Virus record (IMG/VR): IMGVR_UViG_3300032053_000017
Coordinates: 41,973 to 105,972 of that record
Length of the DNA stretch: 64,000 nucleotides
From: a virus
Reading direction: 5' to 3' (one strand)
Under the pieces are notes generated by a model. That model was given only the letters and a program-made list of their open reading frames with translations, ran no database searches and was not told the origin of the DNA. How positions within the stretch are numbered: position 1 is the stretch's first letter; every line of letters begins with the position of its first letter. Below, piece after piece: positions 37,801 to 47,100 of the stretch. A program made the translations under genes and the position numbers.

Positions 37801-38093
37801 ACGAGCCCGGTGGCGGCTACCACTACGAGGCGGAGCTGCCTGTGCGTGAGCTCTCGAGCTGGACACCAAGCGCTAGGACGGCCGGCGACTTCGCCTACGG
37901 CTACAACCGACGGGGGCAGCAGAAGCACGGCAAGGGCTGTGTAGTCTCGATGCAGATGAAGACCGACGATGTCTTCAACTCGAACGAGGTGGGCGCGAAG
38001 AACGTCATCAGGTTTACAGATGATCACGACGAGCTGGTCATGCTGGGCAGGGAGCCCACAGTCACAGTGAAGATGGAGCGATGGGAAAACTAA
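31806..38093 (+). CDS. 2095-aa polyvalent effector polyprotein (ART-like x3, HNH, HD, R-S-E ART)
   Basis: YLHGTT..ILKVGL..VYLS; CAFC..DHIVPVKVGG..NLQPACRACN; YHV..IRQRGV..VFVF; DHGIRH..HDIGY..SDN; FYHGTS..ILHEGL; VFRGL..LSSWT..DELV. Confidence 0.8.
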   Translation: MSRSFYRIATVDGEGSVSLFKDRSGNLQIHTRGAVYDLKDVLRGSVSINMLGALNTLARAGLLPRLATETVGKAVAHILQGSKLTKAARHFLVTPDTVPHYEPNAGPPANRLPMHYAENSDGRLAYLVERPDGTFDVETRDERKPLRDIVGLPEIHVHIDLGAVVDDMVKIREQAREQARRLRKEQNYSSLATAPVPAADQGRKVLQEPGQPLVRRQRRPPGVPLGGDAQAEQPLYILRTGNNPLGKADEEHIYLKPGEEPPDNEWVHEGERGGHYYIPGQRDPSDKPSTPSKPSPFKRPEDAQNREFLALINRIVEGDISTGQLRYATQNMSEGALEDAIYTLGEYQEQLTATGSAGRYSAARDILGQELSERRRHKHEQLVLSVGLGDMPLGKFADIISSFTDLELDSLKGYVLPMQLQIMETRKAKKLLKDALRSVNWTIGSRERTYLHGTTEANLKAILKVGLLTNKTASNFGISKKGVVYLSPSTPVGRELSLTVGAAAAIMHNQRRFALLNVKTAASDIQTDPDAGFAGAVLTRKNVPAQAVTSYEIYDVKDFGELYTDAMAQRDKALAEGKKVGGLDWVRNFVDSFEGYVLDHGMPNPVREVDLSRRHKAAAGGMFVAPATVDTIRSLHQALDNIEKQGFTHEHDGYPRHPIGVKHHDEYFRDRGETADTAKPYAQPEGPSTGVAEPQQVSEHAEVELTRWWEDLNRKRHQHGAEPTDNMVISANDKGEAGELARLLWDEVHPLPATEEFAPGEGRVGHFKVRTRQVDTLRNVTIFEEVKDPGKGLTPKLRARLDERERRRRVEQDKVAQTHGLQPMFTPDGRHRLTDGRSIPPEDSRAPEGIGGTSGVSEKSTQKRDITGASPEVLKHPGHDDQSVHDPRSKASEAGKRVAIPKALRDAVLGDAPICAFCGTSKGPFHADHIVPVKVGGKNLKINLQPACRACNLARRAKDPSQKLDWIKYSQRQMREIMQQVLARPRVNHMLKMWGDTLYLSVPSPELEAMLRKHPGHDDQSVHGKKGSGTPKMPGPEWSPGRGMAYHVLPTHELASIRQRGVRPGSHSEGYKLPRVFVFTNPDEAEWYADMQADDAESEGITAPNGERIRMQVLPVDITGLPTMHDDTLRPNDEEETTALQVAYGIPSSRIRKHNTPRSPHRLHDPRVRAKEETRFKEQARREQEAAGQVERVDDEMHASFRALGLKRTTRVPVERGPLDRKAWRAIRHNIDAHISEHAAYMTQDTQKMTRRELSRQLGLFIRTGMAKDARLLDAYMDHATDALAYQELHAWRRQLGDHGIRHITEDQRLTDEMLRELGGTVGHVSSRERLLAAIALTYHDIGYTAKPARETFAGTKLHQVYSAQFVRQQPILQKLLGDDMNRVCDWIETHQDSDIDWAEDPVGSSIRLSDNLALFAREKLPALFRYVPGAVEELKAMAIDLQSGKADHVKRRKAKLRSMVEGARLAPGMKRNLMNAVDDIFQLTPKFTLGMLAGHTLQPKFDGQTMHIPIQYSAFAKTLQDLFQMGQEQFIKLGDSYGLKPADVDKGEFTFTNKHGIPVLHCKVVGAPSGVFKHLPDQHDQADHGSDGEGEKPKTPYHRWLHRDELDQATFEKPGFPDIRRGYKCDSDGRVQGAHTFYHGTSAESAAKILHEGLRDESWLAEEPSVSTHFARVQAKHHGGKRDRGVLFAVHVSSGAALDMDAANEAGIGFKTLGNISPDNIEVLGAVISVEGGRVYVELNEELNNQLSKHLPGEHRQEDHGTPAPPDPPKPLELLTNDEYHRWIRPWLQQAEDDAMKAAGATQEGSDKWYEIRDKFRPLERENYEKWRKAVEGRKLTPTPGVPLKPTPKYREAIRAWATAEEKKHGGVIGSPDGVVILSSPYRATDETDAMAEYMEKRSSRESMVRALSSQTSWNMGGGWAEWAAAAKIVGRELPKQSGGFYHRDEPELSDDDLKAYEARAEFIQARIRERYGDEIMVFRGLKGAFARKVKEAAVKVDEPGGGYHYEAELPVRELSSWTPSARTAGDFAYGYNRRGQQKHGKGCVVSMQMKTDDVFNSNEVGAKNVIRFTDDHDELVMLGREPTVTVKMERWEN

Positions 38094-40423
38094 GGGTCGA
38101 GGACGACGAGGGTCTGCAGGAGTGGGGGCGCTACCTCACCGGGCAGCGCGTCGAGAAACACCTCCCGGGTGAACACGACCAGGACACCCACGGCACCCGG
38201 CACGAGCGCAGCGCTGACCAGCAGAAGACGCTCAAGATGTTGCAGAGCTACATGAGCGCCATGGTGGAGATGCGCGGGGCGAAGAAGCCCAAGGGCTGGC
38301 GCTTCAACTCTGTTGAGGAGCTGCTGCTCAAGCACGGTCAGACGTTCTCCAACGACCCCTACACATCAGATGAGGAGGAGGTGATCCTCAGGTTGGCGGC
38401 CACACTTGGCCCATGCCACGAGAAGGAGTGCTACCTCACGGCCCTGCGCGGCGCGCTGGAAGCCGATATGACAAGCATGGAGATCCACTACGCCGAGGGT
38501 CTTGCTATGGCCAAGGGTCTGCCGCTCCCTATCAACCACGCGTTCTTGGTCCTCAACAACAAGCCAGTCGACCTAACGTGGCGACGCGACTACAGTGTTG
38601 GGCACGGTTACAGGTCAGCCAAGCGGCTGCTCGAGCGAGCGAAGGAGAACCTCGAGGACGACGTCTACATCGGCATCAAGATCCCGACTGACCATATCAG
38701 ACGGCAGGCGTTCGATACGGGCCAGGCCGCGCCGATCCTCGACGATTGGGAGCGTGGCTACCCGCTGCTGCAGCGCGGGATCCCCAAGAGCTGGGAGAAA
38801 CTGCAGAAGGCTCTGTCGCCGTTTACGCATGAGCACGACGAATACCCGCGGCACTCGATCAACAAGACTCATTATGACACCAATGATAATATCACCGACG
38901 TTGATAAGCACCTACCGGGCAAACATGACCAGGCCACCCACGCTGGCGTCGAGAGCGTCAAGCATGATCTAGACGAAGCCACGGACAAGGACCTCGAGGG
39001 GTGGCTCAAGTTTATTGGGCGCAGGGGAAGACAGAACGATAAGGACGCCAGCATCGACGAGGCGGTCTCGATAAGTCTGATGCAGAGCGCGCTCCGCGAG
39101 CACCCCGACAGGACCTGGGTACTGCGCGACCCAAGCGGTAAGGCTCAGGCATTCGCGGCGCTGTCGAAGCCTGATCCTAAGGGCTGGAGTGAGCTACAGT
39201 ACGGAGCAGCGCCCTGGCACACCGTAGCTGAGGGTGTACACGGCTACGGCCTGCAGGTGGTGCGAGAGGCAGTTCAGGCCGCCATAGACGGCAAGCGCTG
39301 CAAGGCTATCTGGGCTGAGCCTGTGAACGACCGCTCGTGGCATATCCTCGAGCAGGCGGGGTTCGAGGGTGGGCGTGAGGGGGAGCCGCCTGGTGGCTAC
39401 ATGGTGAGCATGAACCTGCGGCCGTTCCTGAGCAAGGCTGAGCCGATCAAGCACTTCACCCACGAGCACGAGGGCTGGCCGCGCCACCCTATCAATGTGA
39501 AGAACCATGCCAAGTACTTCACAAAGCATCCTGAGCTGCACGGGCCCTTCCCAAAGGTGCCCAAGCCGTCTCCGCCACGCGCGTCGTCGCCGTCGCTGTA
39601 CGCGCTCGCGGGCAAGACCCCACCAAGGGAGGAGATCGACGCCGAGCAGAGTTTTTCTGAGGCTGGCCTGCGCGGTGGCATCTGGCTGGAGCGCACGACC
39701 GTCGTCGAGTGCAAGCCTGGGATGCTTCCCGAGGTTGAGGGTCTGTCGGATGTACGGCTCATCCACAAGACCTTCACGGGGGAGTCTGTGACCGAGTACA
39801 CGGTGTACAAGTTGTTCGAGCTGCTCAGACCTGGCTTCTGTCCGACGGTCATGATAGACGAGAAGGGCGAGGGCCACACGATGCGGTGGGTGGACGACGC
39901 TGGCTTTGGCGGGAATGCTATAGTCCTGGAAAAGGATACCACGACCCGAAGCCACGGCTTTAGCATAGAACAGGCGGAGGACGCGGGCTTTATGCAGGTG
40001 GTCGACTGGCTGGCCGGAAACCCGGACAGACACACTGGCAATGTCGTCCTCGACGGCGACCGTCTCTGGCCGATCGACAATGGGCTCTGTAACCTCAGCT
40101 ACGGCCAATATCGTTTTAGTGTAAACTGGACCTGGACGTCGCGGCTGGAGCCTGGTGACGCGAAGTCGCGGCGGGCATTCAGAGACTCAGCTCTGCGTAC
40201 ACTCAACCAGGTAGCGGAGAACGCGGACAAGATCATTGAAGTTATAGCGACCAAGGGTGGGCTGCCGCAGCGTCAGGAGCCTGGTGCCTTTGCGCATGGG
40301 CCGGCCGTCAGGCCTAAGCCTAAGTTTGTTGTCTCCGCGGTCAAGGCTGCACGCAAGGAGCTGAGGGCGTGGTACAAGCAGGCGGAGGACAACGCTAACG
40401 AGAGGCGCAGGAGGATGGCATAA
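38081..40423 (+). CDS. Polyvalent protein: papain/transglutaminase-like + GNAT + HipA/PI3-4K-like kinase
   Basis: KECY..YAEG..HAF..VDLT; HGYGLQVV..EQAGFE; DWLAGNPDRHTGN..PIDNG. Confidence 0.75.
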   Translation: MGKLRVEDDEGLQEWGRYLTGQRVEKHLPGEHDQDTHGTRHERSADQQKTLKMLQSYMSAMVEMRGAKKPKGWRFNSVEELLLKHGQTFSNDPYTSDEEEVILRLAATLGPCHEKECYLTALRGALEADMTSMEIHYAEGLAMAKGLPLPINHAFLVLNNKPVDLTWRRDYSVGHGYRSAKRLLERAKENLEDDVYIGIKIPTDHIRRQAFDTGQAAPILDDWERGYPLLQRGIPKSWEKLQKALSPFTHEHDEYPRHSINKTHYDTNDNITDVDKHLPGKHDQATHAGVESVKHDLDEATDKDLEGWLKFIGRRGRQNDKDASIDEAVSISLMQSALREHPDRTWVLRDPSGKAQAFAALSKPDPKGWSELQYGAAPWHTVAEGVHGYGLQVVREAVQAAIDGKRCKAIWAEPVNDRSWHILEQAGFEGGREGEPPGGYMVSMNLRPFLSKAEPIKHFTHEHEGWPRHPINVKNHAKYFTKHPELHGPFPKVPKPSPPRASSPSLYALAGKTPPREEIDAEQSFSEAGLRGGIWLERTTVVECKPGMLPEVEGLSDVRLIHKTFTGESVTEYTVYKLFELLRPGFCPTVMIDEKGEGHTMRWVDDAGFGGNAIVLEKDTTTRSHGFSIEQAEDAGFMQVVDWLAGNPDRHTGNVVLDGDRLWPIDNGLCNLSYGQYRFSVNWTWTSRLEPGDAKSRRAFRDSALRTLNQVAENADKIIEVIATKGGLPQRQEPGAFAHGPAVRPKPKFVVSAVKAARKELRAWYKQAEDNANERRRRMA

Positions 40424-40424
40424 G

Positions 40425-41495
40425 ATGAGGGCAGTAGTCTGGGTCATGAGCGATGGTAAGCTGGAGCTGGCCGCGGAGGTGCTCGAGGACGGACAGGTGA
40501 ACGGCCCGTTCGCCGAGTCGCTCAGCCGCTGGATCCAGAGCAGCGGACTCGAGGGCGAGAAGATGCTGCGCGTCCTGGCCAAGCGGTGGACCAACGGTTA
40601 TATGGCCGTCGAGCTCCGCGGCGGCAAGGTCGAGAAGACCAGCACAGCCACAGCGATCAGGACGTACATCACGTCGGGCGAGGACGCGCCCGAGGGCGTG
40701 AGCGTCAAGCGCGGACCCCGCGGCGGCCGGTACTACGAAGGCAAGGCGCCTGAACCGAAGGAGCGGTTCGAGTTCAGTCCGAACGAACCACCAGATACCA
40801 AGGCGAAGCCGTACTCGCCGACCTTGGGCGAGTTAATCAACAACCCCTCGTGGGACGACCTGCCATGGAGAAAAGTCTCGTCGTACAAGGAGCTCTTCGA
40901 CCAGTACCATCTGAACATGCGCGCGAAGGCCGGCACAGCTGCAGCGATCGCGATGGATATCTGGAAGGATATACCTCTTGAGCACTTTATAGGCGTGCAT
41001 GAGGTTCACAATGAGCGCGCAACGCCAGAGAGGCTGGCCTCTTACGATCGGAACAAGATGAGTATAGCCCTCGCGTTCGACGGTTCACCGTGCGCGAAGA
41101 ACGTCAAACGACAGGGTGCCGTACACGAGGTAGGCCACGCCGTGTTTGACGGACTGTGGCGTCCACCAGGCCTCGACAAGAAGTCCGTTGATGCCGCAGC
41201 GACAGAACTGCGCAAACGGGTGCTGGCGTCCTACGCTGGGGCAATCAGGGAGGCCGGCGCTGATGTCATGCTGACTGTACTTACGGGCATCATGTTGGTG
41301 GGGACTCCTGAAGAATTCTTCAAACGCGTTCAAAAGGCGCGCGCGGTTACACCATACGCCCTGTCAGACGTCAACGAATGGTTCGCTGAGAACTACTCAT
41401 GGTATGTGCTGCACTCGAAGGGCTTGAAGAAAACGAACCCCGAGATGTATGATATAATGGTTACAGTATTTGGGGGAAAGGAATACAAGCGATGA
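40425..41495 (+). CDS. Zincin metallopeptidase (lethal-factor-like) with YITSGE..GPRGGRYY tag
   Basis: HEVGH..YALSDVNEWFAE. Confidence 0.75.
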   Translation: MRAVVWVMSDGKLELAAEVLEDGQVNGPFAESLSRWIQSSGLEGEKMLRVLAKRWTNGYMAVELRGGKVEKTSTATAIRTYITSGEDAPEGVSVKRGPRGGRYYEGKAPEPKERFEFSPNEPPDTKAKPYSPTLGELINNPSWDDLPWRKVSSYKELFDQYHLNMRAKAGTAAAIAMDIWKDIPLEHFIGVHEVHNERATPERLASYDRNKMSIALAFDGSPCAKNVKRQGAVHEVGHAVFDGLWRPPGLDKKSVDAAATELRKRVLASYAGAIREAGADVMLTVLTGIMLVGTPEEFFKRVQKARAVTPYALSDVNEWFAENYSWYVLHSKGLKKTNPEMYDIMVTVFGGKEYKR

Positions 41496-41926
41496 TCACC
41501 ATCAAGGACCCCCGTGGCAGAGTGGTGGGCAGCGCCGACGATAAGCGACTGACGGTCACCGACCCGCGCCTACGGCGCCACCTCGAGGCTGTGCTGCGTC
41601 ATGGCATCCCTATGGGGCCCGACGCGGGCGTCAAGGGCCGGCCAGGTGTCGTGCTGCTGTTGGACTACCTCAGCCGGGCAGGCTACACCATAGAGGTCAG
41701 CGGGGGACTTAAGAAGGCGCCTGGTATCTCAGCGAGCGGCAGCGAGAGCCCCGACCCAGGACATGTTATCAGCGGCGACAGCCCAGGACACCTCATCGGA
41801 CCGGTCCGCAGGGTACGGCGTATAAACAAGGACATCGGCGGGGTGGGAGCACCAACGACAGGCGCGATGGTGAGCACGCCGACAGCAGGCGGTGGTAGAC
41901 GCAGGAGAAGACCCCCAGCTGTGTAA
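41492..41926 (+). CDS. Hypothetical protein with LKKA/INKD sites
   Basis: Coupled ORF. Confidence 0.55.
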   Translation: MITIKDPRGRVVGSADDKRLTVTDPRLRRHLEAVLRHGIPMGPDAGVKGRPGVVLLLDYLSRAGYTIEVSGGLKKAPGISASGSESPDPGHVISGDSPGHLIGPVRRVRRINKDIGGVGAPTTGAMVSTPTAGGGRRRRRPPAV

Positions 41927-41944
41927 GTGATAGATACACGGAGG

Positions 41945-41978
41945 AGGTTTCCGCCGCGCCCACAAGAGGATATGATAG
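41945..41978 (+). promoter_or_regulatory. Phage promoter motif copy 4 (AGGTTTC-N19-TATGAT-AG)
   Basis: Exact motif and spacing, intergenic. Confidence 0.75.
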
Positions 41979-41982
41979 CGCT

Positions 41983-42369
41983 ATGAAGAGATGCTACAGG
42001 TGTGGGGAGTGGGTGGACCCAGAGAGCGACGGCCCCTGTCATGACGGCAAGTACTACTGCTTCGAGTGTATACTCGGCAACAAGTGCGGCTGCAGCATAG
42101 ACATCAAGAGACTACGCGGGCTCCTGGGCAGGATCTGGAACGCCGTCCGCGGTTTGCGCGTTTAGGGGGTTAAGCTCTTGAATGACACGGACGATCACAT
42201 CGACACAGACCGCGTGGACATCGATGCCCGCCGCGTCATCGTTAATACGGGCTGGACCATCGAGATGGCCAAGTGGAATACGATAGGCACGCTGGGCGGC
42301 TTCTTCGTTGGCGTGGCGTCGCTAGTGCTGTCCGCTATCGCGATCGTGATAGTGCTGACGCAGCGCTGA
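41983..42369 (+). CDS. Two small ORFs: Cys-rich Zn finger (41983-42165) and single-TM protein (42178-42369)
   Basis: CxxC..C..CxxC; C-terminal TM helix. Confidence 0.5.
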
Positions 42370-42379
42370 GGAGATAGAT

Positions 42380-44170
42380 ATGCCCTTCGCAGGATATGAT
42401 AATTTCGCTGACTGTGTGTCCCGCAACAGGGACAAGAACAACCCCGACGCGTACTGCGGTTCGATCAAGCACAAGGTGGAGGACAAGTCCATGAATGAGG
42501 TACTTGACCAGGGTGGGATGGCATCGACCCTCCGTCGGAAGCTCGCAAAGGCTGCGACATTCGCATTTGACCTGGCGACTGCTATCTTCAATGCGGGTCC
42601 ACCGCCGAGGGGCAAACGCAAGCCGGGCGACAGCGAGTACGAGAGGCCGTACGGGCCGGGTGTTGGCAGGCGTGGCAAGGAGCCAAGCACGCCAGCGGAC
42701 GAGGGCAACCTCGCCGGCAAACGTGAGGCCGCGGGACGCCTGACAGGCGACGAGGGTAAGGGTCGAGCGGGCCAGAACCAGAGCCGTGCTCGCACCTATC
42801 TGAAGCCAGGCGAGAGTCCGCCCCACGGCGTCGCAATCCGGCAGGGGGAGCGGGGTGGCCGCTACTACGAGGGCGGGCCGGCGGGTAAGCCTGGACCAGC
42901 ATACCAGCCTCGGGGTGCGAAGCCACAGCGGTCCGAGCGCGAGCCGTATGAGATGCCTGCTGGACAAGGTGTCCCAGACTTTGAGGGCACAGAGGCAGAT
43001 GAGCCGCCGAGGGGGGTCCCGGACTATGATCCTGACCGTGGACCGAGCTACAACGTACCAGGTAAGGGCGCGGCCGAGCGGACTCCCTACTGGGGACCAG
43101 ACGATGAGGGCAGTGAGGCTGACGAGCCGTCGCGACAGGAGACCTGGCCGTTCGAGGAGGACCAGGAAGGTAGCGAGGCCGATGAGCCCCCGCGGTCCGA
43201 ACAGGGCGGTAGCAACCTCCAGCACGTAGTTGACCAAGTAACAGATCACTTTGGCCCCGAAGGTCTCTATCGGATGCGCGTGAGAGATATAGCCACTGAG
43301 ATCCAGCGTCGTGATCCTGGTATCCCCAACGAGCGCGCCGCAATGGCCGCAAAGAAGATACACCGAAGCGCTCTGGAGGAACTGCGCTATGCTGGGATGC
43401 GGGGCATGGGTCAACCGTCTGGGAGTCCAGAACAGCACAAGATGCGCAAGGCTATCAGCACGGGAAGCGTCGCCGCGCTTTCACTTGAGGCTGACATCGT
43501 GCTTAAGGGTGGTGGCCGCACCTATCTGAAGCCAGGCGAGAAGGCTCCGGCAGGTCAGCACGAGCAACAGGGCGCGCGTGGTGGCCGGTATTACGAGGGC
43601 CCGCGCGGCACAAGTCCTGAGACCCAAGCCGATGAGAACTGGGCACGGGGTAAGAGACCTGGCGCAGGTTCCGCTGGATTTGGCCGGCCAATGGACGGGG
43701 GCGAGGAGCCGACAAAGCCGCCTACTCGTGCAGGAAGTCCCGAGACCCAAGCGGACGAGGACTGGGCACGGGGTAAGCGACCCGAGGGCTTTGGTAAGCC
43801 AAAGGGAGATGTGAAGCCTAAGCCGCAGCAGAGTTTCTCAGCGCGTCTGAAGGACCAGGCAAAGGCTGTCTATGCACAGTTGAAGGGCGGTGACTATCAT
43901 CACTGGCGCGGGCAGGAGGATGAGCTGGCGCAGGACATAGTTGACGGGATGTTTCCAGATGAGGAGCCCGGTGATACTCTTGACGATCAGCAGTGGGACG
44001 CAGCAGCCCATATAGCATACCGTATGGCTCAAAAGCTTATCAGGGGCGACACGCCAAAACGACAACCTCGCAAGCCCAAGTCGCACGCAGCCCGTAGAGG
44101 TGACGCGCTACCCCCGTCTAGCGGGCCGCTTCGACCGGGCGATAGAATCTACCCGCGAGACTACCCTTAG
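42380..44170 (+). CDS. Low-complexity head-associated protein with internal repeats
   Basis: YLKPGE..GGRYYEG x2, EG(S/T)EADEP x3, SPETQADExWARGKRP x2; directly upstream of the protease. Confidence 0.65.
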   Translation: MPFAGYDNFADCVSRNRDKNNPDAYCGSIKHKVEDKSMNEVLDQGGMASTLRRKLAKAATFAFDLATAIFNAGPPPRGKRKPGDSEYERPYGPGVGRRGKEPSTPADEGNLAGKREAAGRLTGDEGKGRAGQNQSRARTYLKPGESPPHGVAIRQGERGGRYYEGGPAGKPGPAYQPRGAKPQRSEREPYEMPAGQGVPDFEGTEADEPPRGVPDYDPDRGPSYNVPGKGAAERTPYWGPDDEGSEADEPSRQETWPFEEDQEGSEADEPPRSEQGGSNLQHVVDQVTDHFGPEGLYRMRVRDIATEIQRRDPGIPNERAAMAAKKIHRSALEELRYAGMRGMGQPSGSPEQHKMRKAISTGSVAALSLEADIVLKGGGRTYLKPGEKAPAGQHEQQGARGGRYYEGPRGTSPETQADENWARGKRPGAGSAGFGRPMDGGEEPTKPPTRAGSPETQADEDWARGKRPEGFGKPKGDVKPKPQQSFSARLKDQAKAVYAQLKGGDYHHWRGQEDELAQDIVDGMFPDEEPGDTLDDQQWDAAAHIAYRMAQKLIRGDTPKRQPRKPKSHAARRGDALPPSSGPLRPGDRIYPRDYP

Positions 44171-44178
44171 AGGATAGT

Positions 44179-47100
44179 ATGAAGATCAGCAAGTCGGTCG
44201 AGCAGGACTGGTCCAGTGTCCTCCAGGATGCTGTCCCCCAGGGGGTGGCGGCCGAGTACGGGCGTATCCAGATCCTGTACAAGCAGGGGGGCCTGGAGGA
44301 GGACTATGAACTGGTCGTAGCCGGCTATGCCTCCCCACAGATCATCGACCGCGAGAAACACCTGATCACCAAGGAGGCCATGCAGAACGACCTCCCGCGG
44401 TTCCTGGCGCACCCCCACTACCGGAACGCAATGATCGTGCACTCCAACATCCAGGTTGGTGAGGTACTGCCGCGCTGGACGAACCCCAAGACCAACGAGG
44501 AGTTCGAGACCAAGGTCGACGACATCGGCCTGTTCGTAGTGGTCAAGCTGCGGACCGACAAGTACCGTCCCGAGATCTGTGAGAAGGTCGAGAAGGATAT
44601 CCAGGCCGGTAAGCTCTCGGCGTTCAGCATCTCAGGCGATGCGCCGTTCGACAGCAGGCGGCACGTCTGCCACAACGGCACGTGTTTCTGGATTATCGAC
44701 AAGATCATCTTCTATGAGATCACCATCTGCGAGCAGGGCGTGAACCAGGACGCCAAGTTCGCCATCCTGAGCAAGATGGCCCACTGCACCGACGGCGTCT
44801 GCGAACTGCCGCTGCCGAGCTATGTGACCACCGGCGCTATTCAGAACGCCTTGGACAAGCACATGGAGCCGGGCATGAAGCCGCACCAACACGGGCCAGC
44901 GACCCACCAGCCGTTCAGCGAGCCGGCCGAGGGTGAAACACTGCAGCCCGAGCCAGAGCGGTGGCCCAAGCGGGGCGCCAGGCCACGTGATGTCTTTGGA
45001 CTTCCCAAGCGCGGGTATGGTCGCGAGATCGGCAAGGCCGGTGGGGGTGGCGCGATAACGCCGGAGACCCCGATGCAGGATACCGAGGCGGGCAAGGACC
45101 CGACCAAGCCTGACATCGGCGAGAAGGCGGGCGGTGCCGCGACAGGACACGGCAGTATCCCGACTGGGTCAACCGAGCAGAAGGGTGAGGTCACGGTCGC
45201 TGAAGACTTCGCGCAGCGTATGTGGCAGGGCATGGGCCGGCCGTACAGTTTCGACCAGTTCAAGGTGGGACTGGGCGTCGAGTGGGAGCATGCTGATATC
45301 CTGGGCGGCGACTGGATGAAGGTCGCAGCGGTCGTGCTGGACCACCTCAAGGAGGACGAGCAGTACTACACCAAGCTGGCGCAGGTCGAGAAGGGACACG
45401 GTGTGCTCGGCAGGGCTGTGGTCAAGACTGTTGCGCGGAAGTCCGGATTCGCAGGCGGGGGCAATACAGCTGATGTTGGCAGCGGCTGGGCCGAGGAGGT
45501 TCACGACGTCGATACCGCGGGCAAGCCGGGCGGCATGCAGACTGACCGGACGTTCGATGAGGCCGAGGAGGAGAAGCGCGAACCATACGAGGCTCCAGGA
45601 CTTGTCGGCAGTCCCACCTCTGGGCCACTTGAGACTAAGTGCAAGCACGGTATCGTGAAGGGTGGCCAGACATGGGGGCCGCCAGACTTCGAGTGGGCCG
45701 GCCAGGAAGATGATGAGAAGGCGGAGAAGCACGCCACGAACGATACACACAAGCATGGCAGTGACGGCGTGCTTCCGACGATCCCGCAGATCAAGCGGCC
45801 AAAGCCCGTCAAGCAGGCTGGCGTAACATACAAGGCTGCGATCGACCCGAGTAAGACTACGCAATTCAGCCCACAGTACGCGCGCGATGATGCTGCTGGT
45901 GGCGAGGAGTCTGAGGAGTATTATCTGAACAAGGGTGAGCTATCACCAGACCTGATGACCGGCAGAGAGTCCGATAGGTTCTACCAGCGCTGTCCACTCT
46001 GTGCGACACAGAGCATCATCGAGCGGGCGCTGGATAACAGGACGCTCTACAGCCGCATGTCCGGGGAGTTCCGGGGCGTGCTGAGGCACTGCCTCATGGT
46101 GCTCCAGCAGGGCACGGGCGGGCTCGATTATATCCCCGGCAAGGGCTGGCTCGCTCTGGCTGATGACCACGCGTACACCGGTTACATGCGCTCGGGCTAC
46201 GGGGTGCCGCTGGCGCTGGCCGTAGCTACCATCGGTGTAAGCGCGTTCGACATCGGCGACGCAGCGCTGGTTAGGGCAGCGACCGAGACGGCCAACAGAC
46301 TGCTTGACCAGCACCCGCTCAGCAAGGGCGAGTATGAGCAGTTACTCGCGCGGGTGACCGGGTGGATGGGCAAGAATTTGGGCCTCGTGATCGCCAGGGC
46401 TAAGACCCTCTCGAAGGGTTACTCTGTCGGGTGGCTCGGTGACGCGCAGCGAACACTCCAGAGCGTACAGGGCTCGCTGGCGAACGTCGACCGCAAGGCA
46501 CTGAGTGATGATTTGAATGTGGCGCTTGGGAGCATCAGCGATGACGTGGAGCACCTGGTGGCCGCGCTTGGCCTGACCGAGCAGATGAAGGGCCAGGTGA
46601 AGGGCGTGGAGCCGGCCGCTCTGGACGTAGTGCGTGAGGTTGCCAAGGATACCGAGCACGACGTCGATGCAGCCAACGAGGCGCTGGAGGCGATCGATCC
46701 CGAGCGGATCGAGCAGCGCGGCGATAGCGAGAAGAATGAGCTAGATAACCCCGATCAGACGATCCACCCTGACGAGGTCGCTGTCATGACAGGAGCGCCC
46801 CCGGGTGTACCGACCGGCAACGCAAATGCGAGCGTAATCCACCGTGGCATGGATACCATGGTGGAGCGCCTGCTGGGCTGGCTGCCGCCTGAGAATACGC
46901 TCCGTCAGCTTTACAGTCGTATCTTCGGACAGGAGGAGCCCATCGAGGGTCCGGACGATATCGAGACGCTCATCATCGAGTGGGGACGGGCGAACCCGAT
47001 GCCAGACGTGGGCACGGAACAGATCACTGAGGATACAGTACCGTTGGCTAAGGCTATGATGCCACCGGGGCTTGGCACAACTTCGAAGACGGATGAGAAC

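Larger units (their letters stand above)
32538..43600 (+). repeat. Dispersed peptide tags HxPGxHDQxxH (6+), FTHEHxxxPRH (3), YLKPGExxP..GxRGGxYY (4) after [LIVM]xK sites
   Basis: Read directly in the translations of ORFs 31806, 38081, 40425 and 42380. Confidence 0.9.
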
